A DNA stretch of 64,000 bases from Mobula hypostoma (GCF_963921235.1 NC_086098.1:155496001-155560000); one strand, 5' to 3'. Positions 1 through 13,761 are shown, counted from the stretch's first letter. The notes: generated from the letters alone by a model not told the origin. Translations and numbers: made by a program.

Positions 1-464
1 ATATTGAACCTGTTTCTGACACTTCTACTGGAAGTTCGTTCAACACTTACGTCAAGCTCCCCCGACTCCCCTGATAATTGACATTGCTATATTCATGCGA
101 GGAAAATATGCGCTGTGTGTTTAATATTAAATTCGTTAGATAAACCCTTTTAGAAACGAAATTGAGTGTATTAGCCAGTGATCACCGATATTCTGGTAGT
201 GATTAACACCCCCCCCCCGAACAGAATCGCCAAAAACGATTTGTAGAAAAATAATCGGCAGGTGCACGCATGCGCAAGTCACGCATGCGCACTTGTGCCC
301 GCGCAAGGCCTCATGGTCATTGTAGTCTTTCTCTGGGTAAACACAACGTATTTGACTGCTACTCTTGTCCGTTGGCAACTATTCCCCCGCCTCAGTCAGC
401 CAGTCCGCAAGAATATTGTCAACCTGAAACTGGTCCGCAGTGCGAAAAAGGTTGGGGACCCCTG
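1..464. mobile_element. End of a non-autonomous hAT (MITE-like) element, truncated by the window edge
   Basis: Ends in GGTTGGGGACCCCTG (450-464), the reverse complement of the TIR CAGGGGTCCCCAACC of the complete TSD-flanked copy at 59424-60560. The internal sequence is the reverse complement of that copy. Confidence 0.85.
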
Positions 465-3277
465 TCCTAGACCTTTGTCTCTGGCCACACTTTGCTTGTT
501 TCCTGGGCTCGTTGCTCATGTTCCAAACTAATGAGTGAGCTAATTGCTGAACCATTAGGATGCCAGTTTGTTGGAGCTGTGCTCTGAACCAATTCAAAGC
601 TCTGTCTTGCTATTTGCAAATCCTCCATGGATTTTTCAAATCAATCATCTTCCACCGTTGTTCATTATGATACGTCAGTAGCCTGTCTGTTGTCATTTGA
701 CATTACCCTTTCCATACCCACCTTCATAGCCAGTACTGTCTGTTTCATCTGCTCCACACTATGGATAAATATAAATGGATACAAACCCCTTGTCCTCTCC
801 TTCGCCAAATGTTCCTCATTCTGTGATTGAACAGTATCCAATTGTCAACTTTATAAATCATCTTGGAATGTTCTTGTTGCATTAAATGCATCATAAAAAT
901 GTAGGCAGCTCGGTAGCTGATGTCAGAATCAAAAGGCATGTTTCTCATGAAATTCAGGAGTTGTGTTCAAATGAGACCATGTGGTGCTAAACACCTAGCT
1001 GGCAGGTCAAGTTAGATGCATAATGCGATCTCTGCAAGGTATCACCAGGTAGGTGTTGGCTACTGTCGTGACAGTAATTTGTCATGGAGAAGAGGTTGTG
1101 CTGGTTCTACTAGAGAATCAAACATAAGGGAATAGAAGATTTGTGTCTGCAGGTAACAGAGTGGAAAGGATTAAATAGGATCAAGTTGTTTGTGAATCAC
1201 CCCTTCCTTGCTGTAATTTCAGCAATCATCAGAGTAGTAATTAGGGATGATACGGTTATTATTAACTGCACATCATTGAAATTTATTTCTGGTGAATTGA
1301 TTCCCATTATTATTCTGTAAGTGAAGTACTGGACTGCCTTTGCTTAGCAATGTCTGTAATGTCATGATGTATAATGGTGAGTGCAGCAGCTCTTGGTATA
1401 ATTCAGTGAACTGAGAAAGTTGTACTCTGCCAAAGTTGCATTAGGGCGAGTGACATTGAGGGTTTAGTATTGGGACACTATGCTTTATAAGTATTACAGT
1501 CATATAATCCAAGCATACCCTTTCACTTCATAATTCTTAACAGTGCTACTCTCTTTCCAAATTCTTATTCGTATTATTTTTAATTTTGTGTTTATAATTA
1601 AATTGTATTTGTGCTATTTATTCTTTTTTTCGCGTGTTGGGTGTTTGATGTTTTCCTGAACGGGTTCCATGATGTTTCTTTGTTTTGTGGCTGCCTGCTG
1701 GAGAACGAATCTCAGAGTTGTATTCTGTATACATAAATGTACTTTGCATTTTTGAACTTGTATTTGGAATTTCGAAGTAGATCAATGCAGTGTGTCTTTC
1801 AAAGCCTGTCAAATATTGTGTGATGGACAGGTTGGTAGTCCCAGTCATTATCCTTTCACATCAGCCCAAACCTCCTTTATCAGAAGGTTTTACAATACGC
1901 TCATTAATGGATGTAACTATTGCATGACAATCTTAATTACACAGTTTAATTCTTGAGTAGCCCCAGAATAGTTGGAACAAGTTATACTTGAAACTTTTTG
2001 ATGTATTATTTTTACAGCCACTATGGTCTGTTGTCTTGTACGCCAGGAGATTAATAAACCTAAATATCTGTAACTGATACCAGTTAACTGATTTGACTAA
2101 CTAGGGGGATGCCTGTACTTCCAAATAGATCAAACTCAGTAGTCAGATAATTCATAAATAGTGCTTGGGATTGTTTCTTCAGTCAGATTTAGATATTTTG
2201 TGTTCTTGGGATTTCCCCTTGGTATAAACAACCTATTTCTGTGCAGCGCACTAGTGCTGTATGTAAAGATAACAGACCAATCTTTCGGTTACGTTTCTTT
2301 GCATTGGACAGCCGCAGAGGAAGGACCAGCATTCAGTCGCGTCTGCATGGATCCCATGCTGCACAGGTGCACATTTACATTGCGGCTTCTTACAAAATTG
2401 TCTGCTTGTGAACACTGCTCAACTACCACATGCAAATATATTGAACTGTGTACAGTTTCAAATTTGTTGTGATTAAGTACAATGTGTATTCCAAGCAGTT
2501 AGAAATAACTATTAATATTTGAGAATAGCTCGAGTTGAGTTTCTCGCAGTGGCCCAAGATTGTAATTGGGAACATTAATGTAATTTTTATGTTTTTGTCA
2601 AAAATACTGTGTGGAAAATGTCTCTTAAAACCAACCTTGCCGTAAAAGCATCTGATATTTACTATGAAGTGTTTGCCAATATGAACCTGAACTGAAGCTA
2701 ACCGATTCATCTGATCAGTGAGGGTTAAGGGAGCAGATACTTTTCATGTATGTGTGTGGGAGGTGTTCTGTCCAAATTGAGTTGTTGTATTACTCCCAAG
2801 CTTGAAAACAATAAAAAAAAGAGCAGATGAAATTGGCCATCGTGCTTAGTCAGAAATCTCACTGAAGATTTCTGTTTGGCTGCTGCTCCAGAATGCAGTG
2901 TACTTTGTTACAGCCTGTTTCTTCGGTAGGCTGTCAGTAAGTCCATGGATCCTGATGGGCTTGGTGCTGCCAAATGTCCTTGGAAGCAATCCAGCATAGA
3001 CTTATTATATGATGTACTTGCACACATGGGGAACTTCAATTACTGTTACAGCCCAATTCTTCATTACTGGAAGAATAATATGACGTCATTATAGAGATGA
3101 TGCGCAGACTCTTATCCAGTACTTTGTGAAGGTGACTAATACTTCTAATCCTTGTGGGTGACTTTCCAAAGGCATTATTAATATGTAATGATCTGTTTCC
3201 AATGAGGGATGAAGTAGTAGTCCAGTAAAATTGACCTGTGTCAACCTATTATCTCATTTAATTGTTTTATTTTACAG

Positions 3278-3400
3278 GAATTTGATCTCAGATAAGCAGG
3301 ACTCACTGGTTCAGTGTGCAGATTATCGCAGCTGCTTAACTTCTCAGGAGGCCATGTTGTGTTCTGGACCCTTGGCTACTGTGCAGGGATGTGGAATAAA
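3278..3400 (+). CDS. HIRA: HIRA internal coding exon (..W/NLISDKQDSLVQCADYRSCLTSQEAMLCSGPLATVQGCGI..)
   Basis: ttttacAG acceptor and GTGAGT donor. Translation matches the recalled vertebrate HIRA C-terminal region (NLVSDKQDSLAQCADFRS..DAMLCSGPLA). Splice phase fits the next exon. Confidence 0.93.
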
Positions 3401-3559
3401 GTGAGTAATAGGATTCGTGTATGTTTTAATGCTAGGATTATTATGGGTATGGGTGATGAACTTGCAGCATAGATCAGTACATGGATCAGTATCTCAAACT
3501 TGGTTGAGAGAGGGGCAGGAATGGGTGATGAATTTAACAGGTTTTCAAAGTTTTAGAAA

Positions 3560-5730
3560 AGATAGAGGAGGAGTAAAAGTGGGAGGGTGAGGGGTTTATG
3601 GAAAGTACCCGAGTAATCAAAGAAAACATCACAGTTGCACTCAGGAGAGAAATAGCGGAGGGGTCAGGCACTGTCAATTTGGGTAGAACTCAGGAATAGG
3701 AAGGGTGCAATCACACAGATAGGATTGTACTACAGACCGCCCCCCCCCCCATAGCCACCAGGACATTAAGGATCAGATATGTAATCAGATTAAGGAAATC
3801 TGTAAAAGTAATGGGGTTGTTGTCATGGGCGATTTCAACTTCCTTTATATAAACTGGGTCCTTCTTAGTGCAAGGGGGTTAGATGGGGCAGAATTAAGAA
3901 GAGTTAATTGGAAACACCTTTTTTTCTGACAAGTCCACATCAGACATGTGGAGGTTGTTTAAATGTCAATTGCATAGAGTACAGGAAAGGCATGTTCCTG
4001 TTAGAAGGAAGGACGGGGATGGAAAGATAAGAGAACTTTAGATTTCCAGCGAGGTGATGGATTTATTCAAGAAGAAAAAAGAAAAGTATATAAAACTTTG
4101 GAATTTAGGATCAAATGAAGCACATGGATATAAAGAAGCCAGAAAAGAACTGAAGAAGGGATTTAGGAAAGCCAGGAGTGGCCAGAAAACATCTTTGGCA
4201 AGTAGGATTAAGGTTAATCGCAATGCATTCTATACATGCGTCAAGAGTAAGAGGATAACTAGGGAGATAGTGGGACACTCAAGGGTAAAGGGGGGAGAAT
4301 TTGCTTGGATGCAGAGAGTGTGAGTGACATACTTAACGAGTACTTTTTTAAGGATATGGAGAACCAGGAGATCAGTGCTGAGTGTATAAGTATGGTAGGG
4401 CATTTAGAGGTCAAGGAGAAGGAAGTGTTGGACTTCCTAATGAGTGTTATTGTGGATGTCCTCATGGCCTGATGGGATTTACCCCCAGGTTATTGAAGAA
4501 GGCAAGGTACGAGATTGCTGGGCCCTTGACCAGTATCTTCATGCCCTCTCTAGCCACAGGCAAGGTCCTGGAGAACTGGCGAGTGGCTAACGTTGTACCT
4601 CTATTTACGAAGGGAACAAGGGAAAATCCTGGGAACTATAGATAGTGAATCTCGTGTTAGTTGTAGGGAAATTGCAGAGAAAATTCTTAGGGATAGGATA
4701 TATGAGCATTTGGAAGCTCATGGCCTAATTAGAAAAAGCCAGCATGTTGTGTCTTACTAACCTGATTGAGCTTTTTGACAAGGTGAGGAGAGAGATTGAT
4801 GAAAGTAGGGCAGTGGATATTGTCTATATGGATTTTAGTAAGGCATTTGACGAAGTCCCTCATGGGAGACTAATCCAGAAGATCCATGGTGAATTGGCTG
4901 TTTGGATCCAGAACTGTTTGCTCATAGAAGACAAAGAGTAGTGGTTGAAGAGACTTATTTGAGCTAGAGATCTGTGATTAGTGGTGTTCCACAGGGATCT
5001 GTGCTGGGATCTCTACTGTTTGTGATGTATGTAAATGACCTGGATGAAAATGTAGATGGGAAGGATAATACCAAGACTGGTGGAGCTATGGATAGTGTAG
5101 AAGTCTGGCAAAGAGTACAGTGTGATGTAGATCATTTGAAGATGTGGGCAGAGAAATGGCAGATGGAGTTTAACCCAGATAAATGTGAGGAGTTGCACCT
5201 TGGTAGGGCAAATGCAAGACCCTTAACAGTATCGCTCAGCAGAGAGATCTTGAGGTTCATTGCTTCTTGAAAGTGGCTACACAGGTCGATAAGGTGATTA
5301 AGAAGGCTTATGGAATGCTTGGTTTTATTAGTCAAGGCATTGAGTTCAAAAGTCAAAAGGTTATGTAGCAACTTTATAGAAATCTGGTTAGGCCACATTT
5401 GGAGTAATGCATACAGTTCTGGTCGCCCCACTGTAGGAAGGTATGTTGTGGTGAAAGGGGTGGGTGCAGGGGGGATGTGAGGGATAAGTGTTTTACTCTG
5501 AGAATCGTGGATGCCTGAAATGCGCTGCCTGGTATGGAGGCAGAGACTTTTAGGAGAGGTTTGGATAGGCACATGGGTATAAGGAAAATGGAAAGGTATG
5601 GACATTATGTAGGTAGAGGGATTGGTGTTTGGATGTTTTGAATGGCATTTTAGCTGGTCGGCAGAGCATTATGAGCTGAATGGCCTGTTCCTGTGTTGTA
5701 CTGCTCCCATGTTTTATGTACATAGGATAG
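3560..5730 (+). mobile_element. Degraded CR1-clade LINE ORF2 (endonuclease, RT and 3' end) in a HIRA intron
   Basis: Broken ORFs with WVELRN..YYRPP, CLTNLIE.FD, VDIVYMDFSKAFD.VPH, SGVPQGSVLG and KWQMEFNPDKC, ending in a CR1-type 3' tail. Confidence 0.9.
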
Positions 5731-5982
5731 AGGGATGATTTTCATGGTCTGAATATAATCATTAATTTTTCCCATGTTTTCTGTAAGCTGGACACATTTT
5801 GTTCTGCTTTGTTCAGTTCATTGATGAAATGCTTCTCAGTTTGACCTGTATGACTTATCCAAATCCCAAAGCTTGCCAGGGGATCTGGCACCTCAGCAAG
5901 TTGTGCAGTAGGATACAGAAGCACACTGCATAGCTGGCACAGAGCTTTTACTTTCTGTACCCTACCTCAAACCTTTCCATAA

Positions 5983-6720
5983 GACCATTAGATATAGGAG
6001 CAGAATTAGGCCATTTGGTCCATCAAGTCTGCTCCACATTCCATCATGGCTGGTTTATCATCCCTCTCAATCCCATTCTCCCTCCTTCTCCCCATAACCT
6101 TTGAGAAGGGAATTGGGAAAACCAGGAGAGGCCATGGATTGATTTACTAATCAAGAATCTATTAACCTCCACTTTAAATATATCCAGTGACTTGACCTCC
6201 ACAGCTGTCTGTGGCAATGAATTCCACAGATTCACTTCTCTCTGGCTAAATAAATATCTCTTCATCTCTGTTCTAAACTCTGGGGATGGAACTGGACTCT
6301 CTCACGGTGGTGTCTGAAAAGAGGATGCTGTCCAAGTTGCATGCCATCTTGGTCAATGTCTCCCATCCACTACATAATGTACTGGGTGGGCACAGGAGTA
6401 CATTCAGCCAGAGACTCATTCCACCGAGATGCAACACAAAGCGTCATAGGAAGTCATTCCTGCCTGTGGCCATCAAACTTTACAACTCCTCCCTTGGAGG
6501 GTCAGACACCCTGAGCCAATAGGCTGGTCCTGGACATTTCCTGGCATAATTTACATATTATTATTTAATTATTTATGGTTCTATTACTATTTATTATTTA
6601 TGGAGCAACTGTAACGAAAACCAATTTCCCCTGGGATTAATAAAGTATGACTATGACTAAAGGAAGGTCCTTGTATTCTGAGGCTGTGCCTTCTGGTCCT
6701 AGACTCCCCCACTTGATGAA
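5983..6720 (-). mobile_element. CR1 3' fragment interrupted by a Rex1 insertion
   Basis: Minus-strand translation KRYLFSQREVNLWNSLPQTAVE. The sequence resumes after 6661. Confidence 0.8.
6278..6656 (+). mobile_element. 5'-truncated Rex1/Babar-type LINE 3' end
   Basis: ORF MELDSLTVVSEKRMLSKLHAIL..RHRKSFLPVAIKLYN, (TATGAC)n tail, CTAAA duplicated at 6273-6277 and 6657-6661. Same family as 56404-59171. Confidence 0.85.
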
Positions 6721-7067
6721 CTTGCATTGGTTTTGCTTTGTTCTTGCTGGTTAAGGAGGGAAAGCCAGTACATACTGTGCCTTTCCCGAACACTTTATCC
6801 AGAGGATGGTGTGAATGTGAAGCTTGCTAATACATGGAGACATTGGAGCAAATAACATTAGTGTATAATGGAGAATCTACTGTATGTATGGTTTGTACTG
6901 ACGGGGTAGTGTGGAGGAGATTCCTCTAAATGCTGTCATAGTCAACTTCAGTTGAATCAGCTGTTTTCACACACAAAAGTCAGTAGTTTTTTGTGAAGGA
7001 ATTAACTGTCTCTGTTGTAGGTTATTTTATTGTGTTCTGTTTTCATTGGTGACGTGCTGTTTTCCAG

Positions 7068-7231
7068 TGCTGGACGTCAGGCTGCCAGACTCTCTTCGAT
7101 GCCCCATGTTTTACAGCGAGGGACCACACTGGCTTATCTCGAGAACCAGGTTGCAGCTGCAATGACGCTAAAATCTAGCCAGGAATATCGGCACTGGCTT
7201 CTCATCTACACCCGTTATTTAGTAAATGAAG
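7068..7231 (+). CDS. HIRA: HIRA coding exon (AGRQAARLSSMPHVLQRGTTLAYLENQVAAAMTLKSSQEYRHWLLIYTRYLVNE)
   Basis: tttccAG / GTGAGG splice sites. Contains the HIRA Hir1-type motif TLAYLENQVAAA..EYRHWLL.Y.RYLVNEG. Confidence 0.97.
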
Positions 7232-7311
7232 GTGAGGGAGTTTCTTGTTGCTTTGACTCGGTGATCTGAATCACAAGCATACACTCCACTGACATTTACT
7301 TGTAATTGCAG

Positions 7312-7400
7312 GATTTGAACCGCGCTTAAGGGAACTCTGCAAAGATTTGCTCGGCCCAGTTCACAACTCTTCCAGTAGCCAGTGGGAATCGACTGTTTTG
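7312..7400 (+). CDS. HIRA: HIRA penultimate coding exon (GFEPRLRELCKDLLGPVHNSSSSQWESTVL)
   Basis: ttgcAG / GTAGGC splice sites after an 80-bp intron. Frame is continuous with both neighbours and matches HIRA RLRE.CKDLLGPVH...QWESTV. Confidence 0.96.
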
Positions 7401-7489
7401 GTAGGCAGTTCGGTTTTTTTTCAAAAAACACAATGAAAACATTCATAATGTGATAATGTTGACAGTTTAGAGAAATTAAAGTTAATCTT

Positions 7490-7825
7490 TCAAGCACAAA
7501 CCATCAACGCATTGCATCATATCCTGGTATGGAAATACCAACGCCCTGGATCAGAGAAATTGTACAAAAAGCTCCTAAACTAGCATTGACAATTTCACTC
7601 ACTTCGACCCTGAACTGAGCGCTAAGCTGCAGACTTACTTTCAAGGACTACAACTCATGTCCTCAGTATCTGTCTATCTGTCTGTCTGTCTGTCTGATTT
7701 ATCTTTTGTTCAAGTATAGTTCTCATAAATTCTATTAAACTTATTTATTGCCGGCAAGAAAATGAATCTCAAGGTGGTATGTGGTTACATATAAATACGT
7801 TGATAATAAATTATGACTTTGACCA
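7490..7825 (+). mobile_element. Old L2/Rex-like LINE 3' remnant
   Basis: Degenerate CI.SWYGN RT C-terminal motif followed by a tail resembling those near 1600-1790 and 54120-54320. Confidence 0.5.
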
Positions 7826-9321
7826 GCTTTTGCTTTTGATTAAGACTGTCAGTAAATTCCAGTGGGCTTGTCTCTTGCGTCCTCTGACCTGAGGCCCAGC
7901 AGCCGTTCAGGCCTAGCTGCTGTATTTGAAGGTGCAGAGAGCTTGTGCGATCAGCTTGCTCCGTTTAGTTCAGTTAAATGTACGTGCGCAAGAGCCATGG
8001 ATGACAGGCCTACTTAGCTCGACCTGGCCCAGTGTACCGGAATATACTACAGTACATCTAATATACAGTAGTTGCAGTTCACACCTGCTGGTTTCCTGTT
8101 TGATCTATTAGCTTTCAAGAGAGCTTTCTTGTATACTCCCTTGGATTTTAACATGCCTTGTGTAGTTGGCAAATGCACAGGACCGGTCAGAAAGCACTTG
8201 TGCTTGACCTGGGGTAGCTGACTGTAGGGTCTATTACAAGCTATCTTGTTGAGAAAAAAGAGCAAAAGTGTCAGTCTCTGCAACCCTGCTAACAAGTGGA
8301 TAGACATTGAAGTCAAGACTGAAATTCCCTGAGTTTCCCTGTGCTTTTCTAATCATGGACGTGGAACTGTGCTTCAGGACATGATGCTATCTGTAGCACA
8401 GGAGAGGAAGGAAAATGATGCCCGCTTTATCCTTTTCCTCTGGAAGCTTGGGTTTATTAATGTGTATATTTTCTTTATAAGCTGTGTTGCATATTGGCCA
8501 GCAGTTGGCAAATACATGTAATCATTCCGTGTAATTAATCCTTGCAGTGAAATGTAACAAATCATTTCGCTACAAAAACAACATGAATTAAGTTATTCCA
8601 TTTATCTGTACGTATTCACTTGTGCTGTATTTGTCCATGTACAAATATTTGCCAGGATACTCAGTTTATGCGGGCAGCTCTGTGATGCGGTGGGGAGAGC
8701 GGTTTCCTCACAGCTCCAGGGACCTCTGCTGCCTGTGTAGAGTTTGCATGTTTTCCCTGTGACAGTGTTGATTCCCTGCAGGCTCTCCAGTTTATTCCCA
8801 TGTCCCAAGGATGTACATGTTCATAGGTTAGTCTTTCACTGTAAATTACTCCTGGAATAGAGTTGGAGGGAAGAATCCGGGAGGAGTGGATGGGAATTTG
8901 GGGAGAGCCAGATGGAATTAGTGTAGGGATTGGCTATACTGGACTAGAGGGCCCGTCTCCCTGTATAATGATTTTATGGCTTTACATTACCTAATTATTC
9001 AGGAAGGTGAAGAAACAGGGAAGGACCTAATGCTATTTGAGAGCCTGGCTGTTCAGATTTGCTGCTTTGTTCAAGTGAGACGTTGGGTCTGTAGCCTGCA
9101 ATGTGAAATGTGAATGAGGGACTGAACTGGGAGGGCAGATGCCACAAGTGGCTGTGTTAATGGGAGTGAGTGTTGGTGCTTAAAAACCTATTTCTACATC
9201 TCAGTGAGTGTGAACTTAGTATGTGGAAATCTCTTCCTTAAAATACTTAATAATTTTTCTCCTTCTTGCTTGCATGACAGAACTATGTTGTAGTTATTAA
9301 ATCTCCTTGTTCCTTTGCCAG

Positions 9322-9438
9322 GGTCTTCGGAAGAGGGAGCTACTGAAGGAGATGCTTCCAGTGATTGGCCAGAACCTTCGGTTCCAGAGGCTCTTCACAG
9401 AGTATCAGGACCAGCTGGATCTCTTGAGGGACAAGTAA
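9322..9438 (+). CDS. HIRA: HIRA last coding exon (GLRKRELLKEMLPVIGQNLRFQRLFTEYQDQLDLLRDK*)
   Basis: cctttgccAG acceptor, phase 0, TAA at 9436-9438. Near-identical to the recalled human HIRA C-terminus GLRKRELLKELLPVIGQNLRFQRLFTECQEQLDILRDK. Confidence 0.97.
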   Translation, partial: GLRKRELLKEMLPVIGQNLRFQRLFTEYQDQLDLLRDK

Positions 9439-10187
9439 CACTGCCCTAGTGGGTGCTTGATGAGGATCTGACCGCGAACGCTCTCTGGGAGATTTGCTGC
9501 GGCCGGCAGGTGACCCTACCTGGGAGCGATGGACTTTAGAAGGTTTGGGTTTCAATCTGAGGGAAGAGTCCGTATTCAGCTACACTAGGCTGGCCCACTG
9601 CAGTGGATGACATGCTCACAGAAACAGCGCAACAGACGGTGCTGGTCTTAATGCATCACTTCACAACAAGCGGCCGTGCAGCGCACGGGAGAGATGATTG
9701 ATAAATGTACTGGGGGACATTGGTGAGCAGGGAGCCAGTACTGCACCCAGAGAATGGTTACAAGCAACCAAACTTTAACATCTCTAGCCACTGTGTGACA
9801 AACACTGGCCTCCCTACTTGCCAGATATTGACTTCTCAGTCCTTGCTCATTTTATAAACTGTCAAGTCCAATACTGTTCAACACTCAGAAGTTTACTGTT
9901 GTTCCTTGCCTTGGAGAGGCAAGGACAGCACAACTGAAAGCTGTCAGTCTTCGGACCCTCTTGGTTAGAAGATGAACTGCTGAGTTCAGACTTTTCATGG
10001 TGTTAGTTTTCTGTTTGCCTGATGTTACTAAATTACATACTTGTTTAATGTATGTCCTTGTTAGATGTGTGAATGGGGAGAAAAGAATTCTAATGAGCCA
10101 CCATGGGCACGGCAGAGATGTACAGAAACCTAATTCGCCCTTTGGTACCGTTTAACTTTATACAGGCAAATTTTTCGTCTTTTTTTT

Positions 10188-10198
10188 AATAAAATAAA
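10188..10198 (+). terminator. Candidate HIRA polyadenylation signal (two overlapping AATAAA)
   Basis: AATAAAATAAA about 750 nt after the stop codon, preceded by a U-rich tract. A further AATAAA lies at 10577-10582. Confidence 0.55.
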
Positions 10199-10589
10199 GA
10201 TAGAATATTGCATCCCTGTTTCTCCCTTCTAGGTACACAGTAAAGCCTCTTTGATTTGCAGGTAAAACACTGTGTGTCAGGCACTGAGAGACTGCACTTT
10301 CCTGGCAGAGAGGTGCATGTGGTTGCAGCAAGCTGCTGAATTATATGGAGGGAGCGGGTTGTTCCAGCTGGATTGGAAGATGCTGGAAACTGGTATTTAC
10401 AACTTTACCATTGCAGTAAATCAGCTGCACGAAGCCCAGGATGTTCAGGATTACTATTCCATTGCAGTAATAGGCCTGAAACCCAAGTGTGAAATCAGTT
10501 GGATCTGAAGACTGCTCTCCTGGCTTTCCACTGGCGCCCTGCTGATCAGCATGGTCCCCTGATACCTTTATGTGGAAATAAAGTAAAGC

Positions 10590-11465
10590 TAAACTGCTGT
10601 GCACGTAAACCAGTATAGACAGGAGCAGGCTCTTCTGTCCATGATATCTGTGCCAAACACAATGTCCAATGAAAATGAATTGCTACTCCCTGTACATCTG
10701 TATGCCTGTATTCCCTGCGTATTCATGTGTCTGTTTAAAAGCCTCTAAACTGCCACTATGGTGTCTGCTTCCACCAGCACCCCCAGCAGCCCGTTCCAGG
10801 CACCGACCACTCGTTAAAACCATCACTTGCCCCATACATTTCCTTTAAAGTTCCCTCCCCTCATGTCCTCGGGTATTTCACATATCTATCCTGGGAAAAA
10901 GTAGCTCTTGGGTAGTCTTAGATAGAAAAATGGAGGACTATGTAGGAGGGAAGGGTTTGATTGATTGTAGAGTAGGTTAAAAGGTCAGCACAACATAGTG
11001 GGCCAAAGGGCCTGTACTGTTCTGTTCTATGTGAACCCTATCTATCCCTCTCATAATTTTATGAACTGCCATCAGGTCTCCTCTCAGCCTCTGCTATTCC
11101 AAAGAAAACAACTCAAGTTTCTCCGATCTCTCCTGAAAGCTAATACTCTCAAACAACTCAAGTTTCTCCGATCTCTCCTGAAAGCAGTTTGTATCTTCTC
11201 CACAGTCTGCACATCCGTTTATTGTGAGTACCAGAAATGCACACAATAGTCCTAATTGTCGTCTAACCAAAGTTTTATAGAGCTGTAACATGACTTCCTT
11301 GCTCTTATACTTAATGTCTCAGTCAGTGAAGGGAAACCTACCATCTGCTGCCTTTTTCTGGTGGATCCTCTTTCAGGAACCATGGAGTTGAAGCTCAAGA
11401 TCCTTCTGCACATTAATACGGTTAAGAGTCCTGACATTAACTGTATGCAGATCAATGTGGTCACC
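10590..11465 (-). mobile_element. Rearranged CR1 3' fragments (mostly minus strand, with a short plus-strand tail at about 10910-11030)
   Basis: MLQLYKTLVR.QL..CAF.. motif on the minus strand. 35-bp direct duplication at 11106-11140 and 11151-11185. Confidence 0.7.
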
Positions 11466-12828
11466 AACCATGGGCTCTGTCCTCATTTTGTACTTCACTT
11501 TGGGATTCAGTCTTCTGACTGAACCTTGTTCTGAGGGAAGGGAACAGAATTATTGCAAGTTGGGCACCTGTGCAGAAAATAAGGGAGCATAACTGCTTTT
11601 CCAAAAAAAAGTGTAAGTGCACCCCTACTGGTGGTGTCTCAGGGTCAGAGGTTTTGTGTATTAGAAAGCCGAGCGTCCTGTATACGACTGAAATGTCCGA
11701 ATAAAAGGAGTCCTTGTTAAGTTGGTACAAACACGGATACATGGACATACGGATAGAAGCATGAGTATATTAATTGGCCTCTGCATCCCTACACTGCGAA
11801 GTGGAAACATTTCGGCTGTTCCTGCTGAGAGCACTTCAGTCATTACTGCAAGTTGCAGGCAGGGTGTGACTGATGATTTAGCACAGATTTGGATGCAGTT
11901 GTGATAACAAAAGGGAAATGGGTGATGGATTTGATGCACAAATACTGGAGTAGTTCATCCTTGCACATTGCTGGGAATCTCTATAACCTGTACTTAAAAA
12001 TAGGAGACGTCAAGTCAGTGTGTCAAATGGGAATAAAAATTTATAGAACACTTTCACATCCTCAGTTCTTTATGACCAATGAAGTGCTCCTAAATGCAGC
12101 CGATGTTGAAGGCAAAAAACGTTGTTTTAACTTGGGCACAAAAAGATCCCACGATGTAATAAAATGTTTACCAGATGGCAAATTTCAGTGAGACGCAAAA
12201 GAATGTAGATGTTATAGTCTGGAGCAAATAAAAATATTGTGGAAGAACTCAGCAGGTTGAGCAGCATCTGTGGAGACAGGATAATCTACATTTCAGGTTG
12301 AGACCCAGCAGGTGGCTGATGCAGGGTCTCTACCTGAAATGTGAATTATCTGTTTGTTTCCACAGATCCTGTTTCATTGAGTTCTTATAACAATTTTTTT
12401 CGCAAGCTGTTTTATTGAACTTTGTTTAGCGTAAAATTGCTCCTCACACCAAAAATGTTTTCCCTGCTTTTCTCCAAATAATTAACACCGTGAGGTATAG
12501 GAGCAGAATTAGTCCATTTGGCCCTTCGAGTCTGCTCCACCATTTCATTGTGACTTATTAATTTTCCCTCTCAGCTCCAATCTCCTGCCTTCTCTATGTT
12601 TTTCTTTCTCCAACGGCGTTCAGAGAGGCGGGACTGTGCAGGCGTGTGACGTCGGGCAGTGAAGCGCGGCAGATTTAAAAGGAACAGAGCCTCATAGAGC
12701 GGGCAGTGTAGTTTGCGGGTGGCGGAGTGAGCCGGGAGCAGAGTGAAGGCTTAAGGGCTTCGGCTCAACAGGCGAGGCGAGGAAGGTTTGGTATTCATTT
12801 TCTGTTGTTATTTGAGGAGGGGGGCAGT

Positions 12829-13756
12829 ATGAGTGTGAGGGCAGTTTGTTGTTCTCGGTGTCGGATGTGGGAGGCCCTGGAGTCTCCAAGCCTCCCGGAC
12901 GTCTACATCTGTGCCAAGTGCATCGAGATGCAGCTCCTAAGGGTCCGCGTTACGGAACTGGAGCTGCAGCTCGATGACCTTCGTCTGGTCAGGGAGAGTG
13001 AGGAGTTGATAGAGAGGAGTTGCAGGCAGGTGGTCACACGGGGCCACGGGAGGCAGACAAGTGGGTCACGGTTAGGAGGGGGAAGGGGAAGAGTCAGGTA
13101 ATAGAGAGTACCCCGGTGGCTGTGCCCCTTAACAATAGGTACTCCTGTTTGAGAACTGTTGGGGAGGACAGCTTACCCGGGGGAAGTGACAGTGGCCGTG
13201 CCTCCGGCACAGAGTCTGGCCCTGTAGCTCAGAAGGGTAGGGCAAGGGAGAGGAGGGCAGTTGTGATAGGGGATAGTAAGGGGGTCAGATAGGCGATTCT
13301 GTGGACGCAGTCCAGAGACCCGGATGGTAGTTTGCCTCCCTGGTGCCAGGGTCCGGGATATTTCTGATCGTGTTCAAGATATCCTGAAGTGGGAGGGTGA
13401 GGAGCCAGAGGTCATGGTACATATAGGTACCAATGACATAGGTAGGAAAAGGGATGAGGTCCTGAAGAGAGAATATAGGGAGCTAGGAAGGGAGTTGAGA
13501 AAAAGGACTGTAAAGGTAGTAATCTCGGGATTACTGCCTGTGCCACGCGACAGTGAGAGTAGGAATGTGATGAGGTGGAGGATAAATGCGTGGCTGAGGG
13601 ATTGGAGCAGGGGGCAGGGATTCAAGTTTTTGGATATTTGGGACCTCTTGGCGCAGGCGTGACCTGTACAAAAAGGACGGGTTACACTTGAATCCAAGGG
13701 GAACCAATATCCTGGCAGGGAGATTAGCGAGGGCTACTGAGGTGACTTTAAACTAG
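12829..13756 (+). pseudogene. CR1 ORF1: N-terminal Cys (Zn-finger-like) motif, coiled coil and SGNH/GDSL esterase domain, disrupted by about 3 frameshifts
   Basis: CCSRC..CAKC; VVIGDS, VHIGTND and DGLHLN esterase blocks distributed across different frames. Confidence 0.85.
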
Positions 13757-13761
13757 AATGG

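Noticed and set aside
1-3277. Further upstream HIRA exons
   Set aside because: No segment encoding the expected preceding peptide (..GIPVMNLSDGKAYCF..) was found, so it is presumably left of the window.
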